A stretch of DNA of 52,779 bases from positions 1-52,779 of the IMG/VR virus record IMGVR_UViG_3300020020_000039. The stretch is one strand, 5' to 3'. Shown one piece after another: positions 1 through 7,362 of the stretch; position 1 is the first letter of the stretch, and each line of letters begins with the position of its first letter. A program made the position numbers and the translations under genes. Origin of the DNA: a virus (Duplodnaviria; Caudoviricetes). The notes beneath the pieces were generated by a model that did not search any database, was not told the DNA's origin, and was given only the letters and a program-made list of their open reading frames with translations.

Positions 1-6
1 GTAATT

Positions 7-60
7 AGAGAAGTGGTTTGGACGCCGGAAACGGTGGGAAGCAATTCCCCCACTTCTCTA
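7..60 (+). ncRNA. Miniature tRNA-like RNA heading the tRNA cluster
   Basis: 10-bp stem AGAGAAGUGG/CCACUUCUCU plus A, enclosing a GCCG-GAAA-CGGU hairpin and a GGGA-AGCAAU-UCCC T-arm-like hairpin; no anticodon loop. Confidence 0.5.
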
Positions 61-132
61 ATTACGGGGCAGCTTATGGAAGCGGCAGGTCTCCAAAACC
101 TTGTATGGAAAGAGTTCGATTCTCTTGTCCCG
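7..132 (+). repeat. 126-bp terminal direct repeat, left copy (circular assembly overlap)
   Basis: Identical to 52654-52779. Confidence 0.95.
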
Positions 133-134
133 TG
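64..134 (+). tRNA. tRNA-Trp (CCA), shortened D arm
   Basis: Acceptor ACGGGGC/GUCCCGU, G73, anticodon loop CUCCAAA, T arm AAGAG-UUCGAUU-CUCUU. Confidence 0.8.
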
Positions 135-138
135 CTAT

Positions 139-212
139 GAACGGGTTCCCAATGTTGGTGATGGGTGTGGTCTGCAAAACCATAAACATCGGTTCGATTC
201 CGATTCCGTTCT
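139..212 (+). tRNA. tRNA-Cys (GCA)
   Basis: Acceptor GAACGGG/UCCGUUC, U73, anticodon arm GUGGU-CUGCAAA-ACCAU, T arm AUCGG-UUCGAUU-CCGAU. Confidence 0.9.
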
Positions 213-217
213 CAATT

Positions 218-289
218 GGTAAGGTAGCTGAGATGGATTAGCGGGAGACTGAAAATCTCCAGAGATCAGATCGTTACTGATCCTTACCA
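218..289 (+). tRNA. tRNA-Phe (GAA)
   Basis: Acceptor GGUAAGG/CCUUACC, A73, anticodon arm GGAGA-CUGAAAA-UCUCC, atypical T loop AUCGUUA. Confidence 0.88.
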
Positions 290-290
290 C

Positions 291-361
291 TTTCCTTTCG
301 TCTAATGGCAGGACGCTAGAATTTGGATCTGGAAATCGTGGTTCGAGTCCACGAGGGAAAA
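291..361 (+). tRNA. tRNA-Gln (UUG)
   Basis: Acceptor UUUCCUU/AGGGAAA, anticodon arm CUAGA-AUUUGGA-UCUGG, T arm CGUGG-UUCGAGU-CCACG. Confidence 0.88.
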
Positions 362-802
362 CTTTTTATGATTTCATTATGACAAAATATTTAGCTAAAA
401 ATTAGCTAAAATGCTTAGTTTTACCTAAGGTTTCAAACGGTCTTTTCCTGATTAGTAGCGAGGCTGAATAGCTACCAAATAAGAGGTTTCGGGTATTAGT
501 TCTTAGCCGACTTTGTTTTGCCAGAAATGGACTTTGATGAGGCGGTGAACATAAAGAAGCACCAGTGTGCGCAATGTCTTAGGGGTTGACAACGCATGAC
601 CTTAAAAGTTCGATGGAAAATTTTTTCGTCGAGCAATTTCTACTCTTTTTTCGCTTCTTTTTGCTGGTTGAGGGATACAGATTGGACTATTATCATAGCA
701 ATAATCATCAGCGGCTACATTGATTATTGAGTTGTTCCTAAAGATTTAAGGGATATAAAACCCCTGCTATGCTCGTTACTCAAAATAATACTTACATTTG
801 TA

Positions 803-875
803 CTGTCAACTCCTATTGACATCAGTTGTTCGCAATTGATTGGCCTTACTTCTTCAGCGAAGTGGGGCCTTTTTT
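803..875 (+). ncRNA. Candidate ~70-nt small RNA
   Basis: TACATTTG promoter motif at 793-800, two hairpins (one UUCG-capped), terminator 842-875. Confidence 0.5.
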
Positions 876-886
876 ATCTTTGTAAC

Positions 887-1138
887 GTGTCCCAATTCAC
901 AATAACAATTAAAGGAAACGATAAGAGTTTAACCTTCTTGGTTGAGCACCTAGTAAACTGGCAGAAGTTCCACCGATTTTTAATAAAAGGAAAGAACGGG
1001 CAAATAACAATAACAAAATTCAACGGACAGTGGAAACAGGAATCAGGGAGAGTTCCGAAGACAGAACCTGGAAAACTTTCTTTGGGGTATATTATAAGGG
1101 AGTTGGAAAGTTATCTACGAAATAAAAAGGCCGGATAG
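887..1138 (+). CDS. Hypothetical basic protein (probable GTG start 887)
   Basis: In frame with ORF 836..1138; TATCTTTG promoter motif at 875-882 just upstream. Confidence 0.55.
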   Translation: MSQFTITIKGNDKSLTFLVEHLVNWQKFHRFLIKGKNGQITITKFNGQWKQESGRVPKTEPGKLSLGYIIRELESYLRNKKAG

Positions 1139-1211
1139 ACCGGCGAACCACCCTCTCCACTTCAGGATTGATGGGTAGGGCGAAGGTACTAAAATTCATT
1201 TATTGGACGTT

Positions 1212-1383
1212 CCATGTGAAATCCGTGACAGATTGCATTTTTAAACATAAGTTCGAGCCCGGTCACCTCCACTGATAACCAGTCTATTACGGCTGGTTTT
1301 TTAGTTTTCATAGGGTAGAACATATTTGGATGTGGTTAAAAGTTACTACCTTCCATGACATAACCATGCAAAAAACCGTGACA
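1212..1383 (+). other. attP region: core matching a tmRNA/tRNA-Ala 3' end with flanking arm-type repeats
   Basis: GTTCGAGCCCGGTCACCTCCACT (1251-1273) reads as T loop, T-stem 3' strand and acceptor 3' strand; CC(A/G)TG-core repeats at 1212, 1223, 1353, 1364, 1376; adjacent to integrase. Confidence 0.8.
1277..1302 (+). terminator. Intrinsic terminator after att core
   Basis: AACCAGTC/GGCTGGTT hairpin plus T run. Confidence 0.7.
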
Positions 1384-1384
1384 G

Positions 1385-2542
1385 ATGTCAACCATAAAAC
1401 CATACCTCGATCAAAGAACACCACGAAAATCTAACCTCTACCCCCTTTTCCTTATCGTGCAGCACGAAGGTCGGCAAAGATTCATAAAGACAGGGTTTAA
1501 AATACAGGTCAGCCAGTGGGCTAAAAATAGGGTTGTGAAGCATCCCGACGCTACATTTATTAACGCTAGGGTTTCTGATATCATTAACGAGGCCAATAGG
1601 CATTTTGCGGATTGCCTGTTAAATAACAAACCAGCGAGAATTGATTTGATCGGAACCGGGCGTACTTCTTACTCTTTCCCGCAGTACATCGAACACCGGG
1701 CGCAACAGTTAAAGGAACGTGAAATGGTTATTATGTATAAGAAGTTTAACCGGCTGGCAAAAGAAATAAGAGATTGTTTCGGGGATATTAGTTTCTCAGA
1801 AATGAAGGGAGATAAATTAAGAACACTGGAGCAGCACATGATAAAAAACGGGAACGCACCAAACACCAGGAATAAAAAGTTTAAGATGATCGGGGAGATA
1901 TACGGGCAGGGGATCGCTGAAGGAAAAGCGGACGGACTCAACCCGTTTAAAGAGTACAGTATAAAAACTACTCCCGTTAAAAAGGAAAAGTTAACGGTTG
2001 ACGAAATAAAGAAGATAGAAAATTGTGAGGTGTTCGGAGATAACGAAATAGCAAGGGATATGTTTTTGTTTTCCTACTACTGCAAGGGAGCTAGATTTTC
2101 AGATGTTCTTTTCCTAGAGAATAAATCTATTAAAGAAGGTAGGGTATTTATCACCGCAGGGAAAACCGGAAAGCACATGAGTATTAAGATCCACGCAAAA
2201 CTTCAGGCGTTAATAGATAAGTACGCCAGCGCTAAAGGATATTTATTTCCTCTTGCTACTAAGCCCGCATCAATAACAGAACGAGTGTCTATCTCAGGAA
2301 CTTGGAACACGATAGTAAATAGAAATCTAAAAATGGTGGCGGCAATCGCTAAGATCAAAACAACACTTACCTTTCATCTCAGCCGCCACGCATTTGCTTA
2401 CCACCTAAAATTAAACGAGGCGAATATATTTGTCATTCAGGAAAGTCTTGGTCATAGCTCAATAAAAACAACTGAGCAGTATTTAAAAGGATTAGGGGAC
2501 GAAAGATTAGATAAAGAAATGGGGAAGTTGTATGGGGATTAA
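1385..2542 (+). CDS. int: Tyrosine integrase with N-terminal arm-binding domain
   Basis: Catalytic motifs GARFSD, FHLSRHAFA, LGHSSIKTTEQY; 385 aa. Confidence 0.95.
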   Translation: MSTIKPYLDQRTPRKSNLYPLFLIVQHEGRQRFIKTGFKIQVSQWAKNRVVKHPDATFINARVSDIINEANRHFADCLLNNKPARIDLIGTGRTSYSFPQYIEHRAQQLKEREMVIMYKKFNRLAKEIRDCFGDISFSEMKGDKLRTLEQHMIKNGNAPNTRNKKFKMIGEIYGQGIAEGKADGLNPFKEYSIKTTPVKKEKLTVDEIKKIENCEVFGDNEIARDMFLFSYYCKGARFSDVLFLENKSIKEGRVFITAGKTGKHMSIKIHAKLQALIDKYASAKGYLFPLATKPASITERVSISGTWNTIVNRNLKMVAAIAKIKTTLTFHLSRHAFAYHLKLNEANIFVIQESLGHSSIKTTEQYLKGLGDERLDKEMGKLYGD

Positions 2543-3174
2543 TTTAGAAAAGGCTCCATCTCTTTCATCCATATCTTGTACCCCTTACTATTAATATGAA
2601 GCCCATCGAATGATAAGGAATCAAAGTTTACCATCTTGCTATGTAAGTCAAGGTATTTTACTTTATACTTTTCGCACAGTTTCTGAAGTTCAGTATTAAC
2701 GGTCTTAATATCTGCGTTCCATTTATTGTAATCTCCGCTCATTGGCAGTAAAGAGATAACTATCGCCTCATATTTCGCTCTCATTAATATAGTGTCGTAG
2801 TTGTTAAGTAACGTCTCTTTACTCACCCCGTTTTTAATATCATTCTCCCCTATCAGGATAAACACTTTCGAAGGACAGCTTTGATAGATTGCCCCTATCC
2901 TGTTTTTTAAATGCTCCGTTGTGTTTCCGCTAATCCCCCTGTTCTTAAATTTACTCCCGTATAACTCAACGGGGAACGCTTCTGTAATGCTATTGCCTAA
3001 AAAAACTACATCCCCGCTATCTATTGGCATAAGTTTAAAAACATCATTCTTGGTTTGATTGTAGGTATCGCTGGTGTTTATAGTTTGTGGTTTAGGAGCA
3101 AGCCTTCTGGCAACGATAAAAGCGAAGCCAGCGGTTGACAGTGCCAGTAGCGAGTAAAAAAGGGTTTTGTACAT
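2539..3174 (-). CDS. Membrane-anchored SGNH/GDSL esterase
   Basis: Blocks FLGNSIT, NRGISG, IGEND, DGLH; hydrophobic N-terminus. Confidence 0.88.
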   Translation of the reverse strand: MYKTLFYSLLALSTAGFAFIVARRLAPKPQTINTSDTYNQTKNDVFKLMPIDSGDVVFLGNSITEAFPVELYGSKFKNRGISGNTTEHLKNRIGAIYQSCPSKVFILIGENDIKNGVSKETLLNNYDTILMRAKYEAIVISLLPMSGDYNKWNADIKTVNTELQKLCEKYKVKYLDLHSKMVNFDSLSFDGLHINSKGYKIWMKEMEPFLN

Positions 3175-3176
3175 TA

Positions 3177-3608
3177 CTAATTACTTCTTTCGTAAATAAG
3201 ATCCGAACTCATTTTACTTGCTAATCCGTGAACAACAGTCCACGCCTGCCCGGTAGCGGTTGATGATTGAAACCGTCCCTTCTTTGTAGCGGGGTAGCCT
3301 AAAGGCTCATCTTTTAATATGGTATTCTCCAGTGTAAACGTGGTATTAATACGGGCTGACGAGTCAACTATCCGAACGTAAACAATAATAGTGGTCAGCC
3401 AAACCCCCTTTGTCATCTTGGGTTCCGTCTTTACAGTTAACAGATCATTGTCCTTCTTATCAATTACAAATCCTTCATTCATCAAAACTTCACAGGCCGT
3501 CTTGAAAGAAACATTTTTAGCTATTATTATATTGTCACCTCTCGTTTGCGCAATCGCTTGCGTGGAAAACACTAAGACGAGAAAAAAAATAATTGGTTGC
3601 GTTGACAT
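3177..3608 (-). CDS. Exported hypothetical protein in the immunity region
   Basis: Start MSTQPIIFFLVLVFSTQAIA-Q looks like a Sec signal peptide. Confidence 0.65.
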   Translation of the reverse strand: MSTQPIIFFLVLVFSTQAIAQTRGDNIIIAKNVSFKTACEVLMNEGFVIDKKDNDLLTVKTEPKMTKGVWLTTIIVYVRIVDSSARINTTFTLENTILKDEPLGYPATKKGRFQSSTATGQAWTVVHGLASKMSSDLIYERSN

Positions 3609-3782
3609 ATATTTTTTGATTATTGTTCTACCCACTAGCGGGTATTTGCATTTATTTAAGGGTAATTTTTTGCACAATTTGAGGATGATATTATTTCTTT
3701 ATATAGCTTTACTTTAGAGCGAAGGGTAAAATCTTGTTACTGGTATTTTCACTTACCTCACCCTTAATACATATTCTAATGG

Positions 3783-4415
3783 TCATGAACCCCGTTTGCT
3801 GCGCTTGCCCGCATTTCCGGTCTGGTTGCGTTTGTCCTTTCCTTCGTATTGTTGATGAAATCCCATTCTGCTCTCATCCTTTACAAGCTGCGAAAGAGTC
3901 GAAAACTTCTCGACAATCGTTTTCTCGAAAACTTGAAATTTTCCTTCGATCCCATTTGAACTCGTCTTTATTTCTATTATCATCTTTTCCTGGTTCTGTC
4001 GGATAGCCTCAACTGTCAGGCTAATGGTCTCTATTTTTTCAATAACAAATTCCTGATTCTTTTCCAAGATTGTATTTTGCCTGTTCATGACAACGGTTTG
4101 GGTCTCTACCAAACCGTTTTGTTTTTCCATAAGAAGTACAATAAACTTCATCATCTTATCTAAAAGAGATTGGTGAGTTTCTTGGGAAGGTTCAGAAGGC
4201 GTTTCCTCCTTGTCGGTTTTTTCGTCACTACCATTAAAAAAATACCCTTCTTTTAAATTCAGTGCCTTTTCTATCTGCTTTATACGCTTAACAGAGGGCG
4301 TTTTGTCCTCCCAATAGAGGTAAGTTGTCCTAGCAACCCCTATTTTATTGGCTAATTCTTCCGGGCTTAAACCGGCTGAAAGCCTTGCCTGTCTTATCTT
4401 TTCGTGAATCTGCAT
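3783..4415 (-). CDS. CI-like XRE repressor (HTH plus coiled-coil)
   Basis: KIRQARLSAGLSPEELANKIGVARTTYLYWE HTH; divergent from Cro-like gene. Confidence 0.88.
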   Translation of the reverse strand: MQIHEKIRQARLSAGLSPEELANKIGVARTTYLYWEDKTPSVKRIKQIEKALNLKEGYFFNGSDEKTDKEETPSEPSQETHQSLLDKMMKFIVLLMEKQNGLVETQTVVMNRQNTILEKNQEFVIEKIETISLTVEAIRQNQEKMIIEIKTSSNGIEGKFQVFEKTIVEKFSTLSQLVKDESRMGFHQQYEGKDKRNQTGNAGKRSKRGS

Positions 4416-4425
4416 GGTTTGGGTT

Positions 4426-4490
4426 GTAAAAAATTTCGTCAAATTGAAAAAATATTTGACGAAAAGTTTGGCAATGTCGAAAATTTCGTC
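4426..4490. promoter_or_regulatory. Three 15-bp imperfect palindromic operators of the genetic switch
   Basis: GTAAAAAATTTCGTC (4426), GACGAAAAGTTTGGC (4458), GTCGAAAATTTCGTC (4476) between divergent HTH genes. Confidence 0.75.
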
Positions 4491-4524
4491 TTACTTTACT
4501 TTCTGTAAAACAAATGTAAATAAA

Positions 4525-4743
4525 ATGGAAGCAATGACGAAACCGACAAAGAGAAAAAGCGTAAAACTCACTCCTGACGAATTCAAGGCATTCAAGCAAT
4601 ACAGAAAGACTTTTAATACTGATGTTGAATTTGCGGAATCAATAGGAATTAGAAGAGAGATATTGATAAGACTCGGCTACACTGGTTCGGCATCGCCTGA
4701 AACAATAGAGAAGGTACGCGCAAAGTTGCCCATCGCAGATTAA
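4525..4743 (+). CDS. Cro-like HTH regulator
   Basis: VEFAESIGIRREILIRL HTH-like segment; position opposite repressor. Confidence 0.75.
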   Translation: MEAMTKPTKRKSVKLTPDEFKAFKQYRKTFNTDVEFAESIGIRREILIRLGYTGSASPETIEKVRAKLPIAD

Positions 4744-4806
4744 AAACGGGACGTGCAAGATACTATCACAGAAAACAAAAGTCAATACAACTAACTGGTA
4801 GTTTTT

Positions 4807-4986
4807 ATGGAACTCATAACGGTAAAAGAATTGGCGGTTAAACTAAAAACAACTGACGGCAACGTAAGAAAGATGTGCCGGGAAAGGAAGTTGCCATATT
4901 CAAAGATTCCGGGAATAGGAATAAGGTTTAACCAGAGCGAGATAGAATCATTCATTGCAAAGAAGACGATCAAACAAACCGCCTAA
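4807..4986 (+). CDS. Excisionase-like HTH_17 protein (59 aa, absent from ORF track)
   Basis: MELITVKELAVKLKTTDGNVRKMCRERKLPYSKIPGIGIRFNQSEIESFI. Confidence 0.85.
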   Translation: MELITVKELAVKLKTTDGNVRKMCRERKLPYSKIPGIGIRFNQSEIESFIAKKTIKQTA

Positions 4987-5020
4987 CACCTCTATTAAAG
5001 AATTGATTAAAAACTAGCGT

Positions 5021-5248
5021 ATGAAAGTTTTATGTATCGACTCTAAAAACTTAGGCAATGATGATTGCCCGCAATTAGAAGAGGGTGAAGTGTACGAGGT
5101 GGTAGGCTATGCTAAAGGTCCAACTACCGGATATAACTACTACCGTCTTAACGTAAACTATCCGTGGGCTTATTGGGATAAGCGCTTCATCCCCTGTTCC
5201 GAAATCGAAGAAGAACAACTCGAATATTCAAAAATGCAAATATCATAA
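5021..5248 (+). CDS. Hypothetical phage protein
   Basis: ORF in early operon. Confidence 0.65.
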   Translation: MKVLCIDSKNLGNDDCPQLEEGEVYEVVGYAKGPTTGYNYYRLNVNYPWAYWDKRFIPCSEIEEEQLEYSKMQIS

Positions 5249-5358
5249 ACCTATGACTACTAAAATCGCCATTGTCTTTTTCATGCTCTCCTGTATAGGA
5301 CTGATCATGACTTATGTAAACAGAAAAAACTTTTATAAATAACCTACAAACCAAAGTT

Positions 5359-5757
5359 ATGACCAAAGCCGAATTTTTAAAAGATGTTGAGCATGAAGTT
5401 GAGATGCTGAAGAAACATGCGACTAAAGAGGAGTTGAATAGATTGGATTTTGTCAACCTAGACCCCGCCGATGGTATGTGTTGTATCTACGGACAAGCTA
5501 CCGGCCATTGCAGATCGAATAGGGCGCAAGATTTAATTCTTAAATGCTGTAAGCGTGTTGTTGCTTTTGATGGGGATATTCCAGGCGAACCCTTCAGCCA
5601 ATCTATCAAACCATTTATTAACGGCGCACCGTCGCTATCAAATATTGACAGTTGCCACCACATTTCTTCCATCGAGTCGTATATCATGCTTAAAGGAGCA
5701 AAGAACCAAAACATAATCAAATACCTGAAAGGCGAAACAAAAACCCTAACCCTCTAA
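5359..5757 (+). CDS. Hypothetical Cys-rich protein
   Basis: ORF with CIYGQATG motif. Confidence 0.7.
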   Translation: MTKAEFLKDVEHEVEMLKKHATKEELNRLDFVNLDPADGMCCIYGQATGHCRSNRAQDLILKCCKRVVAFDGDIPGEPFSQSIKPFINGAPSLSNIDSCHHISSIESYIMLKGAKNQNIIKYLKGETKTLTL

Positions 5758-5768
5758 ACCCCCTTCCC

Positions 5769-6035
5769 ATGTCAGACACATTATTTGAAGAACTAGCAAC
5801 AATGACAAAGGCTAACCAATACGACGCTATCAAAGAAGAGTACAAAAGATTGCAGGAAAGCGAGAAGGAGTTGAAGGCAAAGATTCAGGTGCTTGAGCAA
5901 AGTATAAGGGCAGATCACGAGTTCCCTTGTGAAAGTTGTGTAACGGGAGAATATAAACAGGTAGGGCATGTCCAACCGAGTGGACGGGTAAATTATGAAT
6001 GTAACGAATGCAGTCACGAAGTATCGTTTCCATAA
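5769..6035 (+). CDS. Coiled-coil plus Zn-ribbon protein
   Basis: CESC...CNEC. Confidence 0.7.
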   Translation: MSDTLFEELATMTKANQYDAIKEEYKRLQESEKELKAKIQVLEQSIRADHEFPCESCVTGEYKQVGHVQPSGRVNYECNECSHEVSFP

Positions 6036-6076
6036 TCAACAAAGCATCTAAATAACTAACAATAAATCCTCAGAAA

Positions 6077-6295
6077 ATGCATCCCATCATTATGGCTATA
6101 CTAATCTTCTACGGCATCTTCATACTATTTATAATGAGATGCTACTTCAAAGCAGAGAAAGCGGATAAAAAACTTAGAGAACCAGGAAAAGAAGAAAGAG
6201 AGATAATCACTAAAAACTTTTGGGAAAGCATAAAATTCAAAGACGAATCATATTTGGATTGCGAGAATCCTACTGTTACTGATAGACTGAATTAA
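6077..6295 (+). CDS. Small membrane protein
   Basis: N-terminal hydrophobic helix. Confidence 0.65.
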   Translation: MHPIIMAILIFYGIFILFIMRCYFKAEKADKKLREPGKEEREIITKNFWESIKFKDESYLDCENPTVTDRLN

Positions 6296-6326
6296 GGACG
6301 GTTTTGTATTGGAGGGGTTTATATAA

Positions 6327-6360
6327 GGGGGTGGGTTGAAGGTTCCTGCCCCCACTTTTT
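6327..6360 (+). terminator. Intrinsic terminator
   Basis: GGGGGTGGG/CCTGCCCCC plus T run. Confidence 0.7.
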
Positions 6361-6383
6361 AAAAGTTCTTTGATTAAAAATAT

Positions 6384-6492
6384 TTGGCGGTGCAAAGTCT
6401 ATACCCGTTTACGCGAAATGTTGACTACAGCGTAACGCCTACGGACTTCAAGGTGCGGTTGATAGTGTCAACTTATACCGCAAACCCGCCAA
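6384..6492 (+). ncRNA. Structured RNA: three-way junction with kissing loops
   Basis: Stems UUGGCGG/CCGCCAA, AAGUC/GACUU, UUACGC/GCGUAA, UGCGGU/ACCGCA; complementary loops GUUGAC and GUCAAC. Confidence 0.6.
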
Positions 6493-6662
6493 TCTCATTA
6501 CCTACCCATATTGAATCATGCAGAAAGCAGGGAGGATGTATCGGTAGGCAATTTCTTCGCTAAGCTACCGGGCGTTATAAATGCGGGGCAAGACAGCCGA
6601 TGGGGTTTTGAGCTTTTACGTGTCGGCTGTTTCTTTTTGGAATCAATTAAAAAATATAAATC

Positions 6663-6917
6663 ATGGGCGTAGAAAACTTAGGTAGAAAAGGCAAAGATAA
6701 AGTAACGGGGCTTGAGGGCGTAATCACAGCTTATTCATTCTGGCTGTATGGGTGCAATAATTATTTATTACAGCCGGTAGTTGACGAAAAGGGAAGTGTG
6801 CCAGATGCTAAATGGTTCGATGAAGGTAGGATTGAATTGCTCTCAGAGAAGGCTATTCAGCCAGCAGATGTAAGAGCCGACAAGAACGGCTGCGACTCAG
6901 CACCAACCGAACGGTAA
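6663..6917 (+). CDS. Hypothetical phage protein
   Basis: KDKVTGLEGVITA...LYGCN...WFDEGR pattern familiar from small phage proteins. Confidence 0.75.
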   Translation: MGVENLGRKGKDKVTGLEGVITAYSFWLYGCNNYLLQPVVDEKGSVPDAKWFDEGRIELLSEKAIQPADVRADKNGCDSAPTER

Positions 6918-7018
6918 ACAGCTTCCTGTGAGAGCTACAGATATTTCTGATTAGCAACAACTCCAGCGATGATGGTAAACTCAGCCCCGTTACGGCGGGG
7001 CACTTTTAAAAAACATTT

Positions 7019-7342
7019 ATGGCAAACATACAGTACAACTACCCGATCAGTAATAAATACTTTCCAGGTTATAAAGTAACATCCTCGCCAGTGGCAATAA
7101 TCATGGTTCATTATAACAACTATGAAGTTGAACAGGTGGACATAGGACTACCAAGCCAGATACTTGCAAAGATGAGCAACCATAAAGCATTTGCAAAAGA
7201 AGTCGAGGAGTATGCGGCGAGTAGAGTGCTAGGGTTAAAGCCTTACCCACCTGATGAAACGGAAGATTTTGAGAATGGATTTCACGATGAGATTTTGAAG
7301 GATATGCACAGTGTAGCGGAGGCTAGTTATAACAGAGAATAA
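7019..7342 (+). CDS. Hypothetical protein
   Basis: ORF in operon. Confidence 0.65.
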   Translation: MANIQYNYPISNKYFPGYKVTSSPVAIIMVHYNNYEVEQVDIGLPSQILAKMSNHKAFAKEVEEYAASRVLGLKPYPPDETEDFENGFHDEILKDMHSVAEASYNRE

Positions 7343-7362
7343 AAACGAAACCAATAATAACA

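Noticed and set aside
1-6. First six bases GTAATT differ from the right-hand repeat context and extend a perfect inverted repeat with 50-65
   Set aside because: Most simply a fold-back read or assembly artefact at a hairpin, not a biological terminus
13-222. 69-aa ORF
   Set aside because: Lies over the tRNA genes
613-723. 36-aa Phe-rich ORF as a type I toxin
   Set aside because: No supporting promoter, antisense partner or recognisable homology
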